From positions 161,262,001 through 161,326,000 of the forward strand of contig OX597814.1 in NCBI GenBank assembly GCA_951406725.2: DNA of 64,000 bases, given 5' to 3'. The position numbers and the translations under genes are program-made. The stretch is from Octopus vulgaris. Taxonomy: Eukaryota. The notes beneath the pieces are model-generated. The model saw nothing but the letters and a program-made list of their open reading frames with translations, ran no database searches and was not told the origin of the DNA. Below, in pieces: positions 38,201-53,417 of the stretch (position 1 is its first letter; each line of letters opens with the position of its first letter).

Positions 38201-40988
38201 CTAACATCTTCTTTACAGCTCATAGAGATTTATCATGCATTTAAGTTAGAAGTTGGGGTCATATAATAATTAGAAAATTCAGTAGGGGCTCAGACTACCT
38301 AATGTTAAATAGGTTTGTTTAAAAATAACTGGGTCTTCTAGAGAAAACTCTATCAAACCTTCTGTATCTTTCAAAACCATTAACTGTTTCTATCTTCTCA
38401 TCCAGTTATATTAATCTAAGTTTGGATTCACACATACATAATAAATTTTGTTTGGCCCTATTGGAGTTATCTCTCTTACTAATTGGTTCAGCTGTATTGT
38501 TGATATTTATCACCAGAAGCCCTACATTTCCTCTTCTTATATAAAAGTTTACTTTACTGCTATGGAATTTTACGTTTGATCCCACTGTTCAACTTGGCCA
38601 AATGTCTTCTACCATAGCTTTGAGTTGACCAATGTGTTGTAAGTGAAATTTTGGTTGATGGAAACTGTGGGAGCTATCCAGGAACTGTTCTTATTATTGG
38701 ATAGTAGACTTAATCTGGATTTGGTTCTTGCCTTTATCAAAGGTAGCACTGCTGTAAGCATTCAAGCCATGCCTCCAGTCTGAGTAAACCATTGAAAATA
38801 AAAAAAAAATACACTCCTGGAATATGCATCTTTATTGAAAAATGATCAATATTTAACAATGTGTCAGTTGCTCAACTTATTTTTGGAATTGATTAAATCA
38901 CTTCATGTAATCTAGTTAGTATTCAATTTATGCTATGCATTAATTACCATTACTAGTAGGAAATAGAAAAAATTTATAAATTAACCAAAAAAGTTTTTAA
39001 AGAATTAATTGCTCTTTGGAGATTAAATTGAAGGGGTTTTACTGATAAAGAAAATTCTAATTTATTCTTCTTGTAATTTATATCCTATTTCTATTTATAA
39101 AGATGTTAATTAATGATCCTACCAGGACAAGTTATTTTGTGTTTAGTTGTTTGAATAATGATAGCTATTTCTATTTTAAGAAATCATTAATAAAAAAGAA
39201 ATTATTCTTAACTTACTCCTACATTTATATTTTCTATCATCAGCTGTTGTAAGTGAACATAATAGTTCACAACTCTTATTTATTTTTTATGTTTAAATAA
39301 ATAAAACTTTAACAAGAAATGATTTTTTTACAAATTATAGTTTCTTAATTTTAAATTCAATTGAATTATCTTGTAAATAATTTTGAATATACATTCAATT
39401 TATGTAGATTTTATTTTGTAGTCTACATTAAAAATGAAAAACATTTTATTATAATTTTATTTTTCTCAGATGATATTTATTTATTTATTTATCCGTTAGA
39501 AATGTCATGGAAACATGTGTTAGAGGTCAAGTAGTTAATCTTAGCCCCCTTTAATTTCTTGGGTATAAAAAATAAGCAAACAAACAAATAAAAGTTCAAA
39601 ACTTCTCTACCTATTTATACACATGCAAAATACAAATTATTGTAACACTTGCAATGTAGCAAACACATAACACAATCATAGCTGTATATAAGCTGGCAAT
39701 ATAGTTTTTCATTTCTTTACTTCACACAGAAGAATTGCCAGCTATCTGTTCGTCAGTGTGTTGTTAGCCACCCAGTACGTTTGATATTCTTACCTTATTA
39801 CAGATGTTAAAAGTGTATAAATACTATTGATAACATACTGGGTGTGCCCAAAGTTGTTCTTTTGGGATGGTCTTGCTTAACACTATACATTATAAGTAGC
39901 TGCTGTATTGTTCCATCACAATCAGAAAGAAATTCATCTTTTTCTTATCGCTTGGTCAGTTTGTGATACTGTATATAAAAACAACTAAGGATTTGGGATT
40001 TTACTTGCATTACTCAAAACACTTAATAATTTTCATCCTTTCACTCATTTTACCTATGTAACAGCTGATTAAGTAAACCAGGTAATGTTTTTGAATATCT
40101 CCACACAAATATTGTTATTATTTTTTCTTTTCTCTTCCAAATCATAAATTACTTGTACAAATATAATTTAACCTGTTTTTCTTACTTGGAAACATTTGTT
40201 CATTGTAATTTTCAATGTTTGTTGTAGGTTATTATAGTGTAAACATTAATTGAAGCAACTCGTTCTTTGACAGCTAATGTATAAACAATCAAAAGATAAT
40301 AATTTTTCAATATTATTCCTTGTAATATTTTCTCTTAACAGTAAAATATTAATTTAACATTTAGAATCGGTTGCATCAAGGTAATCACTAGCTATTTAAA
40401 ATATACATATACTGTTATACACACCTGTTTATTTTGTAATTATATATCATTAAGTATCATTAGTTAGAATATTATTTTTAGTATACAATTTTTACATATA
40501 GTAGGATTTTTATACGAAATTCCTGTTTGTTGGCAGTAAATGTTTCTTCTCAAATTTCTTTTCCTTGACTGTAAAGCAGTATTTTATCGTATGTTTCTTA
40601 TAAACTACTAATATTACTTGTAAAGTAGAAGGTTACTATTTTTATTTACTGTGGCTATATTTTCAAACTACCTGCTGTCTTAGTAATAGCGATCTCTCTA
40701 CTTGCTCAGACTGGCTAGATGTAAACTAGTAAAGTTTCTGACTGACTGACTGACTTACCTACCTCAGGTGATCTTGCAACTTGAAAGGTTTCTGCATTGA
40801 GTATTTACATAGAAATCCTCAGTGTTGCACTTATGCATATGCATCATGGGCATTCCCACAAATTACAGGTGTATATAGTTTCCAAATTTGCTGTGTATAT
40901 GAGTGTGTCTTTGTGTGTCTATCTGTTTATCTATCATTCTATGTCTGTCTGTCTATCGCTCGCTTGCACTCTCTCACTCTCTCGCAGC

Positions 40989-40989
<1 letters not shown>

Positions 40990-41026
<37 letters not shown>

Positions 41027-41112
41027 CACACACACACAAACACAAACATACACACCCACACACACAAACATTGTGTTTGTGAGTGTATCATCATCATCAT
41101 CATCATCATCAT
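40990..41112. repeat. (CA)n and (CAT)n microsatellites
   Basis: Direct reading. Similar tracts at 49223-49307, 49830-49868, 50234-50400, 55596-55720 and 56700-56860. Confidence 0.95.
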
Positions 41113-41224
41113 GTGTTTGTGTGTGCAGGAATATACATACATGTATACACATGCATACACATATAAATAAATATAATAATAAAATAATAATATGTAATAA
41201 GTGTAATAAATAAAGTAACAAACA

Positions 41225-41676
41225 AAAATTACCTTTACAATAAAATATATGTTGAGACAATTTCTTCATGAGGAGAAGGAATGACAAAGAGGTCAACTTG
41301 AAGATTCTCAATTTTTTTTTAATATAATTTCATAAGTTTTGAATAAGACTGTTCTATTTTTATCATTCTAGTTTAAATAAATCTATCTAACCACAATTTC
41401 CAACACAAATCAATACACTTGCACTCATGTGCGCACATGCGCATGCACACAGCCACACACACACACACACTTGCATATGTAAATATTAATTTATTTTAGG
41501 AATTATGACTAAACAGATTTATTTAAACCACTTTTATAAAAGTGGAACATTCAAATGAAATTATGTAAAAAAAAAAAATTGAGAATTTTCATATTTGACC
41601 ATTTTGTCATTCTTTCTCCTTGTGATTCTAATGTAAAGAAATTGTCTTGATATATGTTGTATTGTAAAGGTATTTT
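41225..41676. mobile_element. Foldback or MITE-like element with ~190-bp imperfect inverted arms
   Basis: 41225-41415 aligns along its length to the reverse complement of 41484-41676 (TACCTTTACAATA, AGACAATTTCTT, GAATGACAAA, ATTCTCAATTTT, GTTTAAATAAATCT); CA-rich loop. Confidence 0.8.
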
Positions 41677-42474
41677 ATTATTTTTTTTCCAGTCATATTT
41701 ATCATTAATCCATGCATGTTTAAATAATTTTTAAATAGCTGTCAAAATAGATCACCTTAAATGCTTTGGTTAAAAGCCAGAGTTAATAGAGTTAAATAGA
41801 TGTCTTGTAGAAACAACATATTTTGTGCAAACAGTCAAAATTATCATTTAACATGAAATTTTCTAGTAACAGTTACAATTTTATTAATTGTTGTTAACAC
41901 CATCCTCATATTAATTCTATTTTTGCTTTTTACAAGTCAAATAAATATAGTTGTTTCTAATTCTTAATATATACTTACACAGGGTTGATTTTATTATATA
42001 AATATATGTATTTGAAAGGCATTATATTTATCTGATTATTTACAAACTTGGTTGCTTATCTCCAGAAATCAAATATCGAATCAATGGTTTAGTATATTTT
42101 CTGCTTTAATTACCATTTGTAATGTTTTTATAATGATAATTTCTAATGATAGTTTAATCCAAGTGAGATAGTGTTTCAAGTGATAAGTATCTAATGGAAT
42201 ACCTAAACATATTTCAAAAGTTTTTTAAAATCTAATTCTTATGGTAACTTCTATAATTTATATTTCATATTTCATATCTATATTCTTATTGTTTGTTATT
42301 TTTTAATTCCCAAAATTATATCTAGACAATTTTATTCATTAACTTGCAGATATAAAGTTTTGAATAAAAGCACTTCCAATTTTATGAAATCCAACAAAGT
42401 TGCTATCATTAATAGCAATCAAGAGAAATTATAAACTCAACAGTATATAGTTAGATTTATTTTTTATATTATAA

Positions 42475-42685
42475 AGGTGATGAGTTAGAATCATTAATAC
42501 ATCAGACAAAACGCTTAATGGCATTTATTTGGGCTTTTTACCTTCTGAGTTCAGATTATGCCAAGATCAACTTTGCTTTTCATCCCTCTGGGATCAGTAA
42601 GATAAAGTGCCAGCCAATATTGGGGTTGGTGTTATTGACTAATTGTCTCTCTTAAAATTGCTGGCCTTGTGCCAGAATTGGAAAC
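42475..42685 (+). mobile_element. Family-A SINE, degraded
   Basis: TTCTGAGTTCAG...CTTTGCTTTTCATCC core. Confidence 0.7.
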
Positions 42686-43557
42686 AATTTTTTACATATA
42701 ACTAGGTAGATTATCTTTGCATTAAAATGATTATATTATTTCTGCTTTTTTACTAATTGGAAAAGTTTTATAGCAATGTATTAATTTATTTGTACTATGT
42801 CCATGCTGAGTGAAGCAGTTTTTTTAACTGGACATAGGCATGATTGTTTAGTTAAGACATTTGCTTTGCAACTAAGTTACTGTGGATTTAATCAACTCAA
42901 TACAATAAGGGCTAAAAGAAAGTCCTTAAAAATTAGTTCCAAATCACATCATTTCTGGAATGCTTTTTAAAGTCAAGAACAGGTGCTTATTTCAAGCCAA
43001 GAACAGGTGCTAATCGTTTATTGTTTTCCTTATAAAATATTATTTCTAGAATGACTCAGTGTCCGTTTGTCATTTTATCATCAAGTGTCATTTTTTTGTA
43101 CATGTGCCAACTTATATTTACTAAATATTTGGAAAGACACTCATCATCATTATTATCATCATCATCAACTGTCCGTTTTCCATGCTGACATGGGTTGGAC
43201 ACTATCAATGGTAAAATCCTGGAACAGTGACATAAAATTGTCATTACAGGGAAAGAGTCATGGCAAAGACTATGGAAAATAAACTATTCTGCATATTTCA
43301 TTAACTGAGAACTAAGTTAGTAAACCTAGCATACAATTCAGTCTAACATGACAACCACTAGTGGAAAAGAGTTTAAATAATTCTTAAATTGACATGTGTT
43401 AGTATTATTTTTCCATGGCAGAATAAGAGAAGGCTATTGAAACTCCTTGTGAAATAATACCAATTTGTGAGTTCAATTTCAGCTTGTGTTTATTATACCT
43501 GAAGATGAGTAGTGACTAAACTGTTTAAAGGGATATGCTTTAAGGAAGGGAGGGAGG

Positions 43558-43589
<32 letters not shown>

Positions 43590-43974
43590 AAGGAGATGTA
43601 AGATTGATAGTCTGAAAATTCTTTTATCACTACTTTTCAGTAGAAAAGTTGTGTCCCAGCATATCTACAACTTATTAGCTGGAGCTAGTAAAAGGGTATA
43701 ATCAAGTTTGATTGCATTTGAATTTTGTAAAGCAGTGTGTGAATTGTATCTACAAGGATACGTTTAGTTTCTACCTGATTAAGTTATCTAAGATTGTTAT
43801 ACTTTGGAACAGTTTTATACAATTGTTTTCTTTTGAGAGATGTCAAGGAAATTACTCATTAAACTCATGTCAGCATGGAAAATAGATATAAATGGTAAAC
43901 TGAATTTTTTAAATTTAAATAATTTCTAGGTTTTAAATCTAGTGATAATGTCAAATGTTGATATGTATATATGT

Positions 43975-44630
43975 ATGCTGGTGGCATGCAAAAAGCACCT
44001 GTTGAGTGTTGGGCCTCACGGAGGTAATGTGGCTGATGCCAGTGTTGCGCAACTGGCACCTGTGCTGGTGGCATGTAAAAAACATCTTTCGAGTGTTGGC
44101 CTCATGGAGGCAATGGCAAAAGATTGAGACTTTTGGCAATATGCCGTGCTTGAGAAGAAGACCCATCAAGCCAAGTGAAATCGTAGTCATAGGAGATACT
44201 GGTGTCATGCAACTGGCACTCATGCTTGGGGCACTTAAAAGCACTTATGCCAGTGGCATGTAAAATCATCCATTACACTTTTGGAGTGGTTGGCATTAGG
44301 AAGAGTATCCAGCCATAGAAACCATGCCAAATCAGACTGGAGTCAGGTGCAGGCTCTCAGCTCACCAGCTCTGGTCAAACCGTCCAACACATGCCAGTAT
44401 GAGCAACAGATAATAATGAAATTATTGTATACAGTGCTCAGGTGCACCACAACTTGTCAGAAAGTGCATATAAAGTACATGCAGTAATGTAGAAATGTCT
44501 GGAAAGTGAACATGCTTGTGTGTGTATGGAGGGGAGAAAATCAAGTGTAGTGTTGGCGAATCTCAGGAAGCATGGAAGTCTTGAAGGATGCAGTGCTCCG
44601 ACAACTAACAAGATATTAAAAGATGATGAT
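43975..44630 (+). mobile_element. RTE 3' tail element with a nested minus-strand LINE 3' end (44412-44610)
   Basis: Host tail ...GCAACAGAT / ATTAAAAGATGATGATG is split by an insert that ends in a short (ATT)n on the minus strand and encodes ...SFKTSMLPEIRQHYT*. Confidence 0.65.
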
Positions 44631-47600
44631 GTAGCTGCAAAAACCTCTTCTCTACAATCCTAAATCCAAACTCACACTGTTTCTAAAAGTGACCACTTTA
44701 CTAACTAGCCTGCTAGTTCAGCTATCTTACACTGAAGTTATGAAATAGAAAGTGTAAGACAAAGGAAGGAAAATAGAGAATTAAAATTGTTTGTTGAACT
44801 TGTTGAAAATAGCAACCAAAGCAACCATCTTAAATAAAAGTTATATTGAGTGTTAATAATTCGTGATATACAAACAAAATTGTCAAGACTAGAATGCTTT
44901 TCATTATGGTTTTGTCTGGCTATGACTGGTCTGGGAACACAGTTAACAACAGAGTTTACTTTGAGCCAACATATAATGTATTTACTATAATGTATTTATT
45001 TATTATAATGACTAGTTACCAACCGCATGGAGAGCTTTATCTGCTAGTATCTACAATGCATTGATTTTGTGATAGAAATCAAATCATTTCTGGTCTTCAG
45101 GGGTTTGTCCTTAATTTCGGTTTAAGAGACTTTATAAAGTAATAATGAAAATGAGACCTTAGAAATTAGATATTTACTCTGAAATTTAAATTTTATGTTA
45201 TAAGTTCAAATGACACATTTCTTAAGTTTGCCTTTTTCTGTCTTTATTTAGAACTAGTCTACTGTTTTTAAAACTTGGGAACTAATATTAAACTTTTGTA
45301 TTTTTATCCTTAACTATACTTATTTTATGGAAATAACTGTACTGAAGTATTAATAATTGTGTTTAATTTCTAGATATTATAAACTGTTGTGAATAAATAA
45401 CTCTCTAATATTATAACTTACACTTGCATAGCTTAAGCTTTGAGACAAGCATATGGCTACTTTGAAACTTTCAAGATAATTTTCACTTTAAATTTGTAAA
45501 TTATACTTTCACAGGATCTTAAAACTAGAGCATATTCTTATATTAGTAGAGATATAAGATTTCTTACATAGAAACATAGTGATACTTAATCAAGATACTC
45601 TCACTTTATCTGCTCAATTGTACAGTTACAATGGTATGTTTGTTCAAGACATTTCTCAAACTATAGTTTCCTTTTGAAAATACTCCTCTTTTTAATTTCT
45701 CAATACCTTTTCAATCTTGAGGCTAACAGAGATATGTATTCTATTCAATAAAGCTATAACTGGCATACCAAACTATATATTTATTATATTACTTTATCTG
45801 AATTCATTACATTCTTATGAATCTTCTAATTGATATATTTACATAGTATAGGATTACTACTTATTCCCTTTCTAAATACAAAACAAGGTCGCCATTCTAT
45901 TTTGCTGGCTTGTAAAGGTTTCTGTCATGTTCAGTCTCAATCCCTTTATAGGTTTCATATTTCTTTTGCAAGCCTTTGGGTTTTCAATGAAACCAGGTCA
46001 TCTGCATTGTAAACACTATTTAGCTCTCAAGAGAGAATTTAGACTTCAAAACTGAAATAGTTTATCATTCCCAGTTTTTTGCTTCTGTTTTTCTTTTTCA
46101 ATATTTGAATTGCTTACATAATACAGTTGTTAGAATTTGAAGACTTCAACTTGAAAAATTTTGTAACTTAGTATATTATTTACTTGGATTTTAAAATTAG
46201 CTTTTCTTGTTGAAATGAATGTCTTTGTCTGCTTTGCAGAGATTTTTAACTATCTTCTTCTGTTCATAGTTATACACCTTACAATATGTTATTAAATACT
46301 AAATATACAGTACGATGGCACTATATAAAATAGTGATGGTACATCCTTTTTTAGGTCCTATGTGCCAGTACAATCCTGTTATTGGAGTGCCACTTACATG
46401 TTTGCATGTATTGAGTTTTATGTAAATGTTTATAGATAAGTTTTTTACATTATGATACTGCTGGGAGACTATTTTGAAACTCTACTGTGTGTCACTTAAA
46501 AACTTATGTTGTGTAACTACTAAACATGTGTCATAGTTTTGCCATTACTTATATGAAACTAATAGTATATAATCAATTTTAACTTAGTTGACAACACTGA
46601 TATCATGCTAGGCATAAGTACCTTATTTACATCTTTCATTTATATCCATTATTAGGTTTTCAAAAGTGATCTGCATTTCAGTCATTTATTTTTACAGTAA
46701 TTGTTTACTATCAAATGAGTTAGTTAACAAGCTTAGAAAAGTCAGCCTTACAATTTCATTTGTAGAGTAACAAGTTAAAACGAGTGAAGTTTGTTAAGTT
46801 TAAACAATTACTCATAGTTCATAAAGTACTTATCACAATGCACCTGTGCAATAAACAAAAGAATGTAGAATAGATAAATTTCAGGTTGAAATCTATAGGT
46901 TTAGTGAGTTTCCGTTTCAGAAACTGGGTATGATAAAGGGACAAGAAATTTTGCACTACTCTTATTATAATAAAAGGTCAATCTATGACAATTCTAAAAT
47001 CCAAATGAGACAATCAGTTTATTTTTTTTTGACAGTATATTTGAGAATAGTTTTGAAATCATCATAAAGACATATTCATTTCATAGCCACACAAGCATAG
47101 ATGTTACTTGTTGAAAACTGTAATTTGCAGCATGGTAAAAGTTAATTTGGGGATATTTTTGAAAGCAAATAATTGTTTTGTGCAATATATAAAAACAACA
47201 AAAATTTTTTAAAATAATAATTTGAAAATATATTTATCTCCCAAATTATTTTTTTTACATTCAAAAAACAAAACAAAAAAAAACAAACTAATCAATTTAC
47301 AATTCCTATTCTTCCCTTTCTTTGCATATACAACTAGCAACTTTATTACCAGGATAGGCTTTGTTTAGCATATATGTCTAGTTTTGTTTATTAATCTATG
47401 ATAACTCTCCAATTGTTCCTTTCCCTTGTTATCACTACATGCCAGTTTGTACACATTGATACACATGTTATCCATTACATCTTGTTTTGTTTTTAACATC
47501 TGCTTAACTATCCTAAATACTTTGATTTTCATCCTTCTTCCTGAATTTAGAAAAGTCACTTGTTCTACTTCCTTAGATATTCTGTTCTTGTATAGCTTTC

Positions 47601-49263
47601 ACACTTATTTGTATACTACTGCTTTTATACTCTGTTTTCAGCTGCTTCTAAATTTGTAGTCTACTAGAATATGAAGTTGCTGAATAGACCATGTTTAGGA
47701 TATCAGTTATAGAAATATTTTTTAATGATTTAGATATAAAGTTTAAATAGGTAAACCTAGATTTTATTTTTTGTAAACCTATTTGATGTTAAATTAATTT
47801 CAAATATTTTATCACCCTTATCCTCATACACATCCATATAGTACTGATAAAAGTCATTAATCTCTTTTTATTGGTTAGAATTTATCTTGCATAAAGGTTA
47901 CACGTGATCTTAATTTGATGTTTCCAACATCCTGTTGTTCTGAATGTTTGAAAATTAAATCACTTATAACATCTATTAAAAAATGGGAAAATATTCACTA
48001 CATGATATTTTACTCCTTTGCTCATAATTAAAGTTATTAGTTTTATACCATTTTTCATTTACTTTTCCTGGCATGACACCAACATAGGGAATGTTGAAGT
48101 TAAAGTGTTGTCTCTTCTCAGCTTGGATTGTAAAATAAGAAAAGTTTAGTTTAAGCTATCAAGGTGAATATTTGTATGTGTAAGTTAGCATTACTATAAA
48201 TTTTGGGAACAACTTTTCATTGATATTCTTTTGTGGTATTTCTTTGTTAAGTTATTTGATCTAAGATTGTGTATTAAAACCAATGCATTTTTGTACTGTA
48301 GCTGAATCAGATTAGCCATTCAGAGCATACACACAATGTTGTATTTATTTTTTATTTATTTTTAGTACTGTATGTTGCATTTTATATAATACACTTTTTC
48401 TTTAATTTAAGATTATAAAATGTAGATTTTAAAAATATTTTTGCGAAGCATAACTCTACATATTAGTAATAAAATAAAGTTCTTGTATTAGGAAAGGTAT
48501 AATACTTTTACCACATTTATGCAATTTTTCTAATAGATTCTTTTTTTTGTGTAAAAATTTTGTATTGGTACCAGTCACACATTTACAATTATTCAGAGCA
48601 TAACAGACGATTGAAATGAAAGAGGCTTTTAAATAGTGAGCTGTTAGTTGACCATAAAAGATAATTTGAAGTGTCAGACATTGACTGCAGGAAGGGTGAA
48701 TTGATAACAGTTGGTAATGGTTTAATAAGTGGTAAGAACTGAGGTGAAGTTAAGCTAGCTACTAAACAACTAATTAAGTTATCAGTTGTATAAGTTTAAG
48801 ATTTTATTGGAATTTAATGATTATCTGGTTATGTACGAACTGATTGATATGTCAATAGGTTTAGTGTGTTATTTTATAACATTTGTTAATGCTAATTACC
48901 ACTTTTAAAAATTTTATTTCTTTGTGTAAACAGTACCCCAACCAATAAGTACATGATTAATCAGTTGAGTAGAGATGTACACATCTTTTCAATGTAGTTT
49001 CTTTGGAAACTCTTTTTCACCCTTACTGATCCCACTTGCCAATACTGTTACCACATCTTTCATCATCATCATCATTAAGATTTTTATTATTTTATGTGTG
49101 TTTCTCTCATGGCATGTATTAGGCAGGTTCTCAGCATTCTTTCATTTGTTACAATCTTTTGTCATCTGGTTCACAAAGCAACAGAGAACTGTTGCACATT
49201 TGTCTGTCTGTCTGTCTGTCTGTACACACACACACACACACACACACACGTGCACACACACGT

Positions 49264-49310
<47 letters not shown>

Positions 49311-49826
49311 GAGAGATACTTTACAAAACTATTATTTATGTAGAGAGACCACAATGACTTTTCCAAGAAGGAAGTGTGATACCAAGAATTAAATGTTGCC
49401 TTCAGCATATATGTGACTATTTTGAGGAATACTGTCTCTGTGGGACAATTTCAAGGAACATAGTTAGCTGACATGTTGTCCTATTTAGGATTGCTTCTAT
49501 TTTCTATTTAATTTTCTAGAATTGTTGATTGTTATATGTAATTTTACAGAATGTCATATAACATGATTGAGTTAAAATAAGTTACATAAGTTTAGAGATT
49601 CTGAATGTTAGATTGAATTTTAGCCTTGCAACTGAATTATAGTTAATGTTTTGCATCTTGTATTTTTTAACTTTAATAAGATTACAACTCCATAATCAAT
49701 AAGGCTAAAATTTTATTCTACTTAATAAGTTTTTAATATGGGCTCTTATGAATTATGAAATGATTATATATATATATATATATGTTATCAGCTATCACTT
49801 TAAAGAATTCTGGTATATGTAGTGTG

Positions 49827-49872
<46 letters not shown>

Positions 49873-49880
49873 GGAGAGGA

Positions 49881-50212
49881 AACCCTCTTTGGTCATGAAT
49901 GACCATGGGATTGCACCTAGAAAGTTACCCTCCTAGGCACAAGTCTGGGCAAGGTTGTTTGTGGAAGGCCAGCAGTCACCCATGCATACCAGCCTCCCAT
50001 CTCCACACCACTGATGTTGTCCAAGGGAAAGGCAAAGGCCAATACAGCTTGGCACCAGTGATGTCACAACTCATTTCTACAGCTGAGTAAACTGGAGCAA
50101 TGTGAAATAAAGTGTCTTGCTCAAGAACACAACACACAGCCCCGTCCGGGAATTGAACTCACAACCTCATGATCATAAACTCAACACTCTAATCAGTGAG
50201 TCATGTACCTTT
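49881..50212 (-). mobile_element. tRNA-derived SINE, family D
   Basis: Reverse complement of 55984-56314 over its full length. Confidence 0.88.
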
Positions 50213-50231
50213 ACATATATATAATTTCTCC

Positions 50232-50360
<129 letters not shown>

Positions 50361-53300
50361 ATGCATATATACACACACACACATACATACATACGTACAT
50401 GTATTACTGTCAAATCCTTTATAAGACAATATACAGAAAGGAATACTATCCTACCTCATATTGCACTACCCTGCATATGTCTATGTCTGAATTCTGAAAA
50501 GCTACAGTTTGCAATTAAAATGTAGTTCAGTATGTAATAGCATGTAGATAAAGCTGTTCATGGCTTATATAATGGCGCTAGGGTCATTTATGGCAATTTG
50601 CCAGTGCATCTACAATTTCTGTGTTAGATAATGCACTTGATGCATGTATAAGAAACAGCAGAACATTTTGTTAAGTGACTGAATCAGTTTTAGTGTTAGT
50701 TATAATTGTTCAGTACTTTGAGAAGTTTCAGTGTTGACAATGAAATTTCTTGTATATAAAAGATAAAGCCATACGATACATATGTTAGAACTGTAATACT
50801 ATATGACTGAAGAAAGAGAAGTTCTGCAAAAATGGGAAAGAAATGAGATGAGTAAAGATTTACTGGATGTGTGAAGTCTGTATATATAAATACAAGCATT
50901 GACTCCCAAGACTGAATTTGGATCTGAGAAGGCAGAAAAGAATTAATGATAAGTGATATTTGTGAAGTGAAAAGAAAAAAAAAAGAAAAGAAAAGAAAAA
51001 AAAGGATAATTAGGTAATAGAAACATGTGTTGAGAAATCATGGTGAGATCAGATGGTGAAATGTAGAATGGTGGAGGAAGATAGGAAGATAGTTATCAGA
51101 AGTGGTAGGCTGGAAAAATAACGAGATTGTTAGGGCTAATTTAAAATAGCAAGGATTCACAAATTACATTTATCAGATACAGCCACTTAGTTTATTGATG
51201 AGAAATCAAACGTAGCAAATAAGTAAATACTAATTAGATAATTAAATGTAGTTTGTAATATTGTCACTATGTTTTCTTTTATTTAATCATCATTCATATT
51301 TGTATTTACTAAACTAAATGAATAGTATCTTCTTTTATCCTTTTCGGGTATCCCTTACTACTAGTAGAGCAAGATAGCCATGAAATAATGTATTTTGACT
51401 ACTACCTGCTTATAGATCACAAGTTAGAATCCCTTGCAGGCATTAAGTTATGTTTCTTGGCAAAACACCTTATTCTACATTGCCTCTTTCAACCTTTCTG
51501 CTAAGAATATATTTCAAATGATCTGAAAAGCTTACGTGCACTAGACAGACATCCTATTCAGAGAAAATTTATCTCTTAACTACTTACTGCTGTGAAACCA
51601 AAGGTAAGCATTGGCTTGCAAAGCCCCTGAAGGCTTAGGAAACATTTGCATATTCTGTGTTGTGTATTCATGTGCAAGTGCACACACACACACACATGCA
51701 CACACACACTATCTCGGGTTTGGTCTCAAACCCTTATTGTTATTACTGAAACAGGACTCTGTCACCATGTCAGAGTCTACTTTTGAAAATGCATTAGAAA
51801 TGAAGGCTCTGAAGAAAAGCAAACGATATAGTTATTGCAAAGAATATAGACTATTTAGAAAACTGAAAATTCTGAACTAATGCAATCTATTTAAGTTTTG
51901 GTCATGATTATGACTATATACTTTTTCACTTTCATTCCTGAATAAATAGAAAATAATAGGAAGAAACTTTAAGTAACTGAGATTTATATTAAAATGTCAG
52001 TGAATCTTTGTAATGCAAAATGGAAAATTTCCCTCCAAAAATCCTTTTAAAATTCTAAGACAGATCATTGCATTGTCTGGGCATTTTCAATTGTGATGTA
52101 TTATCACCGAAAGATTTGTTGTCTTGAAATATCTCACAAAATAATACTTAACTTATGATGTAGAGCAAGGGACTGGGAATTTTAATTAATAATAGTATCT
52201 TTGGGTAATCATATAAGCTTGGAATTAGACTGCACTGTAAAACATAACCGATTGTATCAGTATCTAAAACATTGTGTAATATATATCTTGTTAACTTTGG
52301 ACTGTTTATATGCCAAAGGCAAGTTCAGTACTTGATGAGTACAGCTGAATGAACATAATTTGTAAATTAAGTTCTGTGTGTGTGTGTTTTATGAAATGAA
52401 TGCAATATTCTCAAAACTAATTCACTTTCATATATATATATATATATATATGTATAAAACCATTCATATGTTTATTTTTGTAAGACTTTTGATGTTAAAC
52501 TTACAGATTACAGAAGTTTGTAATGTTAAGCGATTACAAAAGTTTGTAATGTTAAGCATAAAATTCTATCCCCACCACCTCACTGCACATCATTATACAT
52601 ACATCTACAAAATTGTATTCTTATTTATGTTTTCCAAGGGAATTCTATAATTTAAGAAATGTCACTTGTTTGTCAAACTAAAATTATATTTTTGCTCTAT
52701 TGGTTTTATGTAAATGTCTTTTAATACTGAAATTGCAGTTGTAAGATCTGTTGTTTGCATAACAAACTATAACAAATTATGCATAAACAAAATATATCTC
52801 CTAAACTTCCTATCTCATGGCTTAATTAATAATTGTTTCTTTTTCAGAATAGCATATATGTTAGTATGACAAATTTTAGTGCTATTACACTGTCTTCACT
52901 GTAAACATATTAAGTTTCTCTTCCTGGCAATGTTATTAGATATGTGGGTTTGTTTCTTCACAAAGAAAACATATACATATATATAACATTAATGGTTACT
53001 TTAATTAGTATAATTAACAATTGGTTGTTTTTTAGTCTCCAGCCAATCCTAAATTAAGTATAGCTATGATCAAAAGCATCTTAAATGTAACTACGACCAC
53101 TCCTTGTTTTTAGTATATATATAGGGCTATACTAACACGTCCTTTCTTTTTTAAGACAATGGGGCATGATTTGAAGGTGATTTGGTTGTTACTTCTATCA
53201 GGTTGAGTGATCATATAGTGACACTTGTTGGCTTGTATGAAGTTAATATAATTAAGGGGCTGTTGAAATATTTAGTGTTTTTGGCATTTGTAGAAGACAA

Positions 53301-53417
53301 CTGAATTCCAAAGAGACAGAACTCTCAATAGGCATGTCTTTTTTTATGGAATACATTTTAAACTATGGTAGAGGTGTCAAAAGGTTGAAAGATGAATCTA
53401 ATAAGCATATATATAAG

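Noticed and set aside
39700-40390. Repeat-free stretch with donor-like CAG|GTAATG (40081) and a possible 16-nt microexon (40365-40380)
   Set aside because: No ORF or CpG support, and 16 nt would shift the frame; such splice-like motifs are common by chance.
40781-41311. ORFs rich in HT, CV or YI repeats (also 48975-49408, 50196-50525, 55556-55812, 56653-57009, 58751-59062)
   Set aside because: Translations of microsatellites and the minisatellite.
52506-52557. 26-bp tandem duplication (similar short ones near 7875, 37450 and 42973)
   Set aside because: Ordinary slippage duplications with no sign of function.
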